Part shown: one piece after another, positions 1 to 6,437 of the stretch | Numbering within the stretch: the first letter of the stretch is position 1 | Layout of the letters: each line of letters opens with the position of its first letter | DNA from: a virus | Taxonomy: Duplodnaviria; Heunggongvirae; Uroviricota; Caudoviricetes | DNA: 6,437 bases | IMG/VR virus record: IMGVR_UViG_2740892124_000001 | Strand: one strand, 5' to 3' | The notes under the pieces: generated by a model | The model's input: only the letters and a program-made list of their open reading frames with translations | The model's database searches: none | What the model was told of the DNA's origin: nothing | Program-made: the position numbers and the translations under genes

Positions 1-2461
<2,461 letters not shown>

Positions 2462-2481
<20 letters not shown>

Positions 2482-3781
2482 TCTCCCGCATATTGCCAGT
2501 ATGGCCTTTAATGAGCCGCTGATGCTTGAACCCGCCTATGCGCGGGTTTTCTTTTGTGCGCTTGCAGGCCAGCTTGGGATCAGCCGCCTGACGGATGCGG
2601 TATCCGGCGACAGCCTGACTGCCGGAGAGGCACCCGCGGCGCTGGCGTTATCCGTTGATGATGACGGACCACGACAGGCCCGCAGTTATCAGGTCATGAA
2701 CGGCATCGCCGTGCTGCCGGTGTCCGGCACGCTGGTCAGTCGGACGCGAGCGCTGCAGCCGTATTCGGGGATGACCGGTTACAACGGCATTATCGCCCGT
2801 CTGCAACAGGCTGCCAGCGACCCGATGGTGGACGGCATTCTGCTCGATATGGATACGCCAGGCGGGATGGTGGCAGGGGCATTTGACTGCGCTGACATCA
2901 TCGCCCGTGTGCGTGACATAAAGCCGGTATGGGCGCTGGCCAACGACATGAACTGCAGTGCAGGTCAGTTGCTTGCCAGCGCCGCCTCCCGACGTCTGGT
3001 CACGCAGACCGCCCGGACAGGCTCCATCGGCGTCATGATGGCTCACAGTAATTACGGTGCTGCGCTGGAGAAACAGGGCGTGGAAATCACGCTGATTTAC
3101 AGCGGCAGCCATAAGGTGGATGGCAACCCCTACAGCCATCTACCGGATGATGTCCGGGAAACACTGCAGTCCCGGATGGATGCAACCCGCCGGATGTTTG
3201 CACAGAAGGTGTCGGCATATACCGGCCTGTCCGTGCAGGCTGTGCTGGATACCGAGGCTGCAGTGTACAGCGGTCAGGAGGCCATTGATGCCGGACTGGC
3301 TGATGAACTTGTTAACAGTACCGATGCGATCACCGTCATGCGTGATGCACTGGATGCACGTAAATCCCGTCTCTCAGGAGGGCGAATGACCAAAGAGACT
3401 CAATCAACAACTGTTTCAGCCACTGCTTCGCAGGCTGACGTTACTGGCGTGGTGCCAGCGACGGAGGGCGAGAACGCCAGCGCTGCGCAGCCGGACGTGA
3501 ACGCGCAGATCACCGCAGCGGTTGCGGCAGAAAACAGTCGCATTATGGGGATCCTCAACTGTGAGGAAGCTCACGGACGCGAAGAACAGGCACGCGTGCT
3601 GGCCGAAACCCCTGGTATGACCGTGGAAACGGCCCGCCGCATTCTGGCAGTTGCACCACAGAGTGCACAGGCGCGCAGTGACACTGCGCTGGATCGTCTG
3701 ATGCAGGGGGCACCGGCACCGCTGGCTGCAGGTAACCTGGCATCTGATGCCGTTAACGATTTGCTGAACACACCAGTGTAA
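2462..3781 (+). CDS. C: Prohead (capsid assembly) protease gpC, S49/SppA-like serine peptidase (439 aa, GTG start)
   Basis: GTG 2462 with a strong SD; TAA 3779-3781. Product begins (M/V)TAELRNLPHIASMAFNEPLMLEP and carries S49-type motifs: GILLDMDTPGG, NCSAGQ (Ser166, codon 2957-2959) and SGSHK (Lys218, codon 3113-3115). It overlaps the B 3' end by 20 nt. The ORF-track start at ATG 2327 is rejected: no SD and a 155-nt overlap with B. Confidence 0.9.
3376..3382 (+). promoter_or_regulatory. Internal Shine-Dalgarno (AGGAGGG) for nu3, within C coding sequence
   Basis: AGGAGGG lies 3 nt upstream of the in-frame ATG 3386, the strongest internal RBS-like signal inside C. Confidence 0.6.
3386..3781 (+). 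CDS. nu3: Scaffolding protein gpNu3 (131 aa), nested in-frame in the 3' third of C
   Basis: In-frame ATG 3386 preceded by AGGAGGG; shares the C reading frame and stop (3781). Product begins MTKETQSTTVSATASQADV and is Ala/Gln-rich. Lambda Nu3 is established to be co-linear with the C-terminal part of gpC. An earlier in-frame ATG at 3176 has no SD and is less likely. Confidence 0.78.
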   Translation: MTKETQSTTVSATASQADVTGVVPATEGENASAAQPDVNAQITAAVAAENSRIMGILNCEEAHGREEQARVLAETPGMTVETARRILAVAPQSAQARSDTALDRLMQGAPAPLAAGNLASDAVNDLLNTPV

Positions 3782-3790
3782 GGGATGTTT

Positions 3791-4123
3791 ATGACGAGCA
3801 AAGAAACCTTTACCCATTACCAGCCGCTGGGCAACAGTGACCCGGCTCATACCGCAACCGCGCCCGGCGGATTGAGTGCGAAAGCGCCTGCAATGACCCC
3901 GCTGATGCTGGACACCTCCAGCCGTAAGCTGGTTGCGTGGGATGGCACCACCGACGGTGCTGCCGTTGGCATTCTTGCGGTTGCTGCTGACCAGACCAGC
4001 ACCACGCTGACGTTCTACAAGTCCGGCACGTTCCGTTATGAGGATGTGCTCTGGCCGGAGGCTGCCAGCGACGAGACGAAAAAACGGACCGCGTTTGCCG
4101 GAACGGCAATCAGCATCGTTTAA
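3791..4123 (+). CDS. D: Head decoration protein gpD (110 aa)
   Basis: ATG 3791 with SD TAAGGGA (3778-3784); TAA 4121-4123. Protein [27 protein letters not shown]...AGTAISIV matches lambda gpD in length and sequence, with possible minor substitutions. Confidence 0.92.
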   Translation: MTSKETFTHYQPLGNSDPAHTATAPGGLSAKAPAMTPLMLDTSSRKLVAWDGTTDGAAVGILAVAADQTSTTLTFYKSGTFRYEDVLWPEAASDETKKRTAFAGTAISIV

Positions 4124-4140
4124 CTTTACCCTTCATCACT

Positions 4141-4165
4141 AAAGGCCGCCTGTGCGGCTTTTTTT
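4141..4165 (+). terminator. Intrinsic-terminator-like hairpin in the D-E intergenic region
   Basis: AAAGGCCGC-CTGT-GCGGCTTTTTTT: a 5-bp GC stem (4145-4149 pairing 4154-4158) with a 4-nt loop, flanked by an A-tract upstream and a 7-T run downstream (4159-4165). It lies between the D stop and the E start. Confidence 0.4.
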
Positions 4166-4178
4166 ACGGGATTTTTTT

Positions 4179-5204
4179 ATGTCGATGTACACAACCGCCC
4201 AGCTGCTGGCGGCAAATGAGCAGAAATTTAAGTTTGATCCGCTGTTTCTGCGTCTCTTTTTCCGTGAGAGCTATCCCTTCACCACGGAGAAAGTCTATCT
4301 CTCACAAATTCCGGGACTGGTAAACATGGCGCTGTACGTTTCGCCGATTGTTTCCGGTGAGGTTATCCGTTCCCGTGGCGGCTCCACCTCTGAATTTACG
4401 CCGGGATATGTCAAGCCGAAGCATGAAGTGAATCCGCAGATGACCCTGCGTCGCCTGCCGGATGAAGATCCGCAGAATCTGGTGGACCCGGCTTACCGCC
4501 GCCGTCGCATCATCATGCAGAACATGCGTGACGAAGAGCTGGCCATTGCTCAGGTCGAAGAGATGCAGGCAGTTTCTGCCGTGCTTAAGGGCAAATACAC
4601 CATGACCGGTGAAGCCTTCGATCCGGTTGAGGTGGATATGGGCCGCAGTGAGGAGAATAACATCACGCAGTCCGGCGGCACGGAGTGGAGCAAGCGTGAC
4701 AAGTCCACGTATGACCCGACCGACGATATCGAAGCCTACGCGCTGAACGCCAGCGGTGTGGTGAATATCATCGTGTTCGATCCGAAAGGCTGGGCGCTGT
4801 TCCGTTCCTTCAAAGCCGTCAAGGAGAAGCTGGATACCCGTCGTGGTTCTAATTCCGAGCTGGAGACAGCGGTGAAAGACCTGGGTAAAGCGGTGTCCTA
4901 TAAGGGGATGTATGGCGATGTGGCCATCGTCGTGTATTCCGGACAGTACGTGGAAAACGGCGTCAAAAAGAACTTCCTGCCGGACAACACGATGGTGCTG
5001 GGGAACACTCAGGCACGCGGTCTGCGCACCTATGGCTGCATTCAGGATGCGGACGCACAGCTCGAAGGCATTAACGCCTCTGCCCGTTACCCGAAAAACT
5101 GGGTGACCACCGGCGATCCGGCGCGTGAGTTCACCATGATTCAGTCAGCACCGCTGATGCTGCTGGCTGACCCTGATGAGTTCGTGTCCGTACAACTGGC
5201 GTAA
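4179..5204 (+). CDS. E: Major capsid protein gpE (341 aa)
   Basis: ATG 4179 to TAA 5202-5204. Protein MSMYTTAQLLAANEQKFKFDPLFLRLFFRESYPF...DPDEFVSVQLA matches lambda gpE in length and sequence. The ORF-track extension to 4152 is a GTG inside the upstream hairpin and is rejected. Confidence 0.95.
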   Translation: MSMYTTAQLLAANEQKFKFDPLFLRLFFRESYPFTTEKVYLSQIPGLVNMALYVSPIVSGEVIRSRGGSTSEFTPGYVKPKHEVNPQMTLRRLPDEDPQNLVDPAYRRRRIIMQNMRDEELAIAQVEEMQAVSAVLKGKYTMTGEAFDPVEVDMGRSEENNITQSGGTEWSKRDKSTYDPTDDIEAYALNASGVVNIIVFDPKGWALFRSFKAVKEKLDTRRGSNSELETAVKDLGKAVSYKGMYGDVAIVVYSGQYVENGVKKNFLPDNTMVLGNTQARGLRTYGCIQDADAQLEGINASARYPKNWVTTGDPAREFTMIQSAPLMLLADPDEFVSVQLA

Positions 5205-5206
5205 TC

Positions 5207-5224
5207 ATGGCCCTTCGGGGCCAT
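5207..5224 (+). other. Perfect 7-bp stem-loop with UUCG tetraloop immediately after E stop
   Basis: ATGGCCC-TTCG-GGGCCAT is a perfect inverted repeat with a UUCG loop, starting 3 nt after the E stop. No long U-tract follows (TGTTTCTCTG), so it looks more like an RNA stabilising or processing element than a strong terminator. Confidence 0.45.
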
Positions 5225-5235
5225 TGTTTCTCTGT

Positions 5236-5242
5236 GGAGGAG
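5236..5242 (+). promoter_or_regulatory. Shine-Dalgarno for FI (GGAGGAG)
   Basis: GGAGGAG lies 3 nt upstream of ATG 5246. Confidence 0.6.
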
Positions 5243-5245
5243 TCC

Positions 5246-5644
5246 ATGACGAAAGATGAACTGATTGCCCGTCTCCGCTCGCTGGGTGAACAACTGAACC
5301 GTGATGTCAGCCTGACGGGGACGAAAGAAGAACTGGCGCTCCGTGTGGCAGAGCTGGAAGAGGAGCTTGATGACACGGATGAAACTGCCGGTCAGGACAC
5401 CCCTCTCAGCCGGGAAAATGTGCTGACCGGACATGAAAATGAGGTGGGATCAGCGCAGCCGGATACCGTGATTCTGGATACGTCTGAACTGGTCACGGTC
5501 GTGGCACTGGTGACGCTGCATACTGATGCACTTCACGCCACGCGGGATGAACCTGTGGCATTTGTGCTTCCGGGAACGGCGTTCCGTGTCTCTGCCGGTG
5601 TGGCAGCCGAAATGACAGAACGTGGCCTGGCCAGAATGCAATAA
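5246..5644 (+). CDS. FI: DNA packaging / head assembly protein gpFI (132 aa)
   Basis: ATG 5246 with a strong SD; TAA 5642-5644. Protein MTKDELIARLRSLGEQLNRDVSLTGTKEELALRVAELEEELDDTDE... has an acidic linker, and length and sequence match lambda gpFI. The upstream in-frame ATG 5207 sits inside the hairpin and lacks an SD. Confidence 0.9.
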   Translation: MTKDELIARLRSLGEQLNRDVSLTGTKEELALRVAELEEELDDTDETAGQDTPLSRENVLTGHENEVGSAQPDTVILDTSELVTVVALVTLHTDALHATRDEPVAFVLPGTAFRVSAGVAAEMTERGLARMQ

Positions 5645-5645
5645 C

Positions 5646-5651
5646 GGGAGG
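5646..5651 (+). promoter_or_regulatory. Shine-Dalgarno for FII (GGGAGG)
   Basis: GGGAGG lies 4 nt upstream of GTG 5656. Confidence 0.55.
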
Positions 5652-5655
5652 CGCT

Positions 5656-6009
5656 GTGGCTGATTTCGATAACCTGTTCGATGCTGCCATTGTCCGCGCC
5701 GATGAAACGATACGCGGGTACATGGGAACGTCAGCCACCATGACATCCGGTGAGCAGTCCGGCGCAGTAATACGTGGTGTTTTTGATGACCCTGAAAATA
5801 TCAGCTATGCCGGACAGGGCGTGCGCGTTGAAGGCTCCAGCCCGTCCCTGTTTGTCCGGACTGATGATGTGCGGCAGCTGCGGCGCGGCGACACGCTGAC
5901 CATCGGTGAGGAAAACTTCTGGATAGACCGGATTTCGACGGATGATGGCGGAAGCTGTCATCTCTGGCTTGGGCGTGGCGTGCCGCCTGCCGTTAACCGT
6001 CGTCGCTGA
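5656..6009 (+). CDS. FII: Head-tail joining protein gpFII (117 aa, GTG start)
   Basis: GTG 5656 to TGA 6007-6009. Protein MADFDNLFDAAIVRADETIRGYMGTSATMTSGEQSG...GVPPAVNRRR matches lambda gpFII in length and sequence. Confidence 0.9.
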   Translation: MADFDNLFDAAIVRADETIRGYMGTSATMTSGEQSGAVIRGVFDDPENISYAGQGVRVEGSSPSLFVRTDDVRQLRRGDTLTIGEENFWIDRISTDDGGSCHLWLGRGVPPAVNRRR

Positions 6010-6020
6010 AGGGGGGATGT

Positions 6021-6437
6021 ATGGCCATAAAAGGTCTTGAGCAGGCCGTTGAAAACCTCAGCCGTATCAGCAGAACGGCGGTGCCCGGTGCCGCCGCAAT
6101 GGCCATTAACCGCGTTGCTTCATCCGCGATATCGCAGTCGGCGTCACAGGTTGCCCGTGAGACAAAGGTACGCCGGAAACTGGTAAAGGAAAGGGCCAGG
6201 CTGAAAAGGGCCACGGTCAAAAATCCGCAGGCCAGAATCAAGGTTAACCGGGGGGATTTGCCCGTAATCAGGCTGGGTAACGCGCGGGTTGTCCTGTCCC
6301 GACGCAGGCGTCGTAAAAAGGGGCAGCGTTCATCCCTGAAAGGTGGCGACAGCGTGCTTGTGGTGGGAAACCGTCGTAAGCGTAAACTGACCGCCGTATG
6401 TAGCCATCAGACGAGAATTGGTAACTTAGACGCCCAT
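6021..6437 (+). CDS. Z: Tail completion/assembly protein gpZ, 5' part (runs off window); last ~20 codons do not match lambda Z
   Basis: ATG 6021 with SD AGGGGGG (6010-6016); frame open to the window end. Codons 1-119 (MAIKGLEQAVENLSRIS...SVLVVGNRR) match lambda gpZ apart from a few substitutions. From nt 6379 the translation (KRKLTAVCSHQTRIGNLDAH) differs from the lambda continuation I recall (IPGAFIQQLKNGRWHVMQRV...). Confidence 0.8.
   Translation, partial: MAIKGLEQAVENLSRISRTAVPGAAAMAINRVASSAISQSASQVARETKVRRKLVKERARLKRATVKNPQARIKVNRGDLPVIRLGNARVVLSRRRRRKKGQRSSLKGGDSVLVVGNRRKRKLTAVCSHQTRIGNLDAH

Noticed and set aside
2648-3139. 163-aa minus-strand ORF antisense to C
   Set aside because: It is fully embedded antisense in the protease gene, with no independent start signals and an arbitrary His/Arg/Gly-rich composition.
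3176-3385. Earlier in-frame ATG (3176) as the nu3 start, giving 201 aa
   Set aside because: No purine-rich RBS precedes it, while ATG 3386 has AGGAGGG and gives a product matching the C-terminal third of gpC. It is kept as an alternative, not excluded with certainty.
3785-3790. Alternative D start at ATG 3785 (MFMTSKE...)
   Set aside because: It is only 1 nt after the SD TAAGGGA, a spacing too short for initiation, whereas ATG 3791 has a proper ~6-nt spacing and gives the canonical 110-aa gpD.
3416-3850. 144-aa minus-strand ORF antisense to nu3 and the D start
   Set aside because: It overlaps two well-supported + strand genes and shows no RBS; the 62- and 76-aa minus ORFs at 3555-3801 are rejected likewise.
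4152-4178. Extended E start at GTG 4152 (350-aa ORF in the track)
   Set aside because: The GTG lies inside the intergenic hairpin, and ATG 4179 gives the canonical 341-aa gpE N-terminus MSMYTTAQLL.
5131-5434. Minus-strand ORFs (81 and 97 aa), one with a poly-Ser run, antisense to the E end and FI
   Set aside because: The poly-Ser run is simply the antisense reading of the GAA/GAG-rich acidic linker of FI, and neither ORF has start signals.
6379-6437. Tried to identify the non-lambda 3' tail as a known IS/transposon end or a tRNA
   Set aside because: It does not match any terminal inverted repeat I can recall and has no tRNA-like features. It is left as an unidentified junction in the findings rather than called a mobile element.

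Overview
This window is a canonical lambda-type (lambdoid siphophage) head-morphogenesis module, all on the + strand and tightly packed. In order: the 3' ~225 codons of the large terminase subunit A, then W, B (portal), C (prohead protease) with the in-frame nested scaffold gene nu3, D (decoration), E (major capsid), FI, FII and the 5' part of tail gene Z. Gene lengths (W 68, B 533, C 439, nu3 131, D 110, E 341, FI 132, FII 117 aa) and protein sequences match phage lambda as I recall it; this is recognition from memory, not a database search. I see no rRNA, tRNA, CRISPR array, promoter or obvious mobile element, and I do not find a novel or undescribed system here. The one real anomaly is at the 3' edge: the last ~59 nt (6379-6437) depart from the lambda Z sequence I remember, which may mark an insertion, deletion or mosaic junction continuing beyond the window. 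Smaller points are two stable intergenic hairpins flanking E, an S49-type Ser/Lys protease signature in gpC, and a chain of overlapping stop/start codons.
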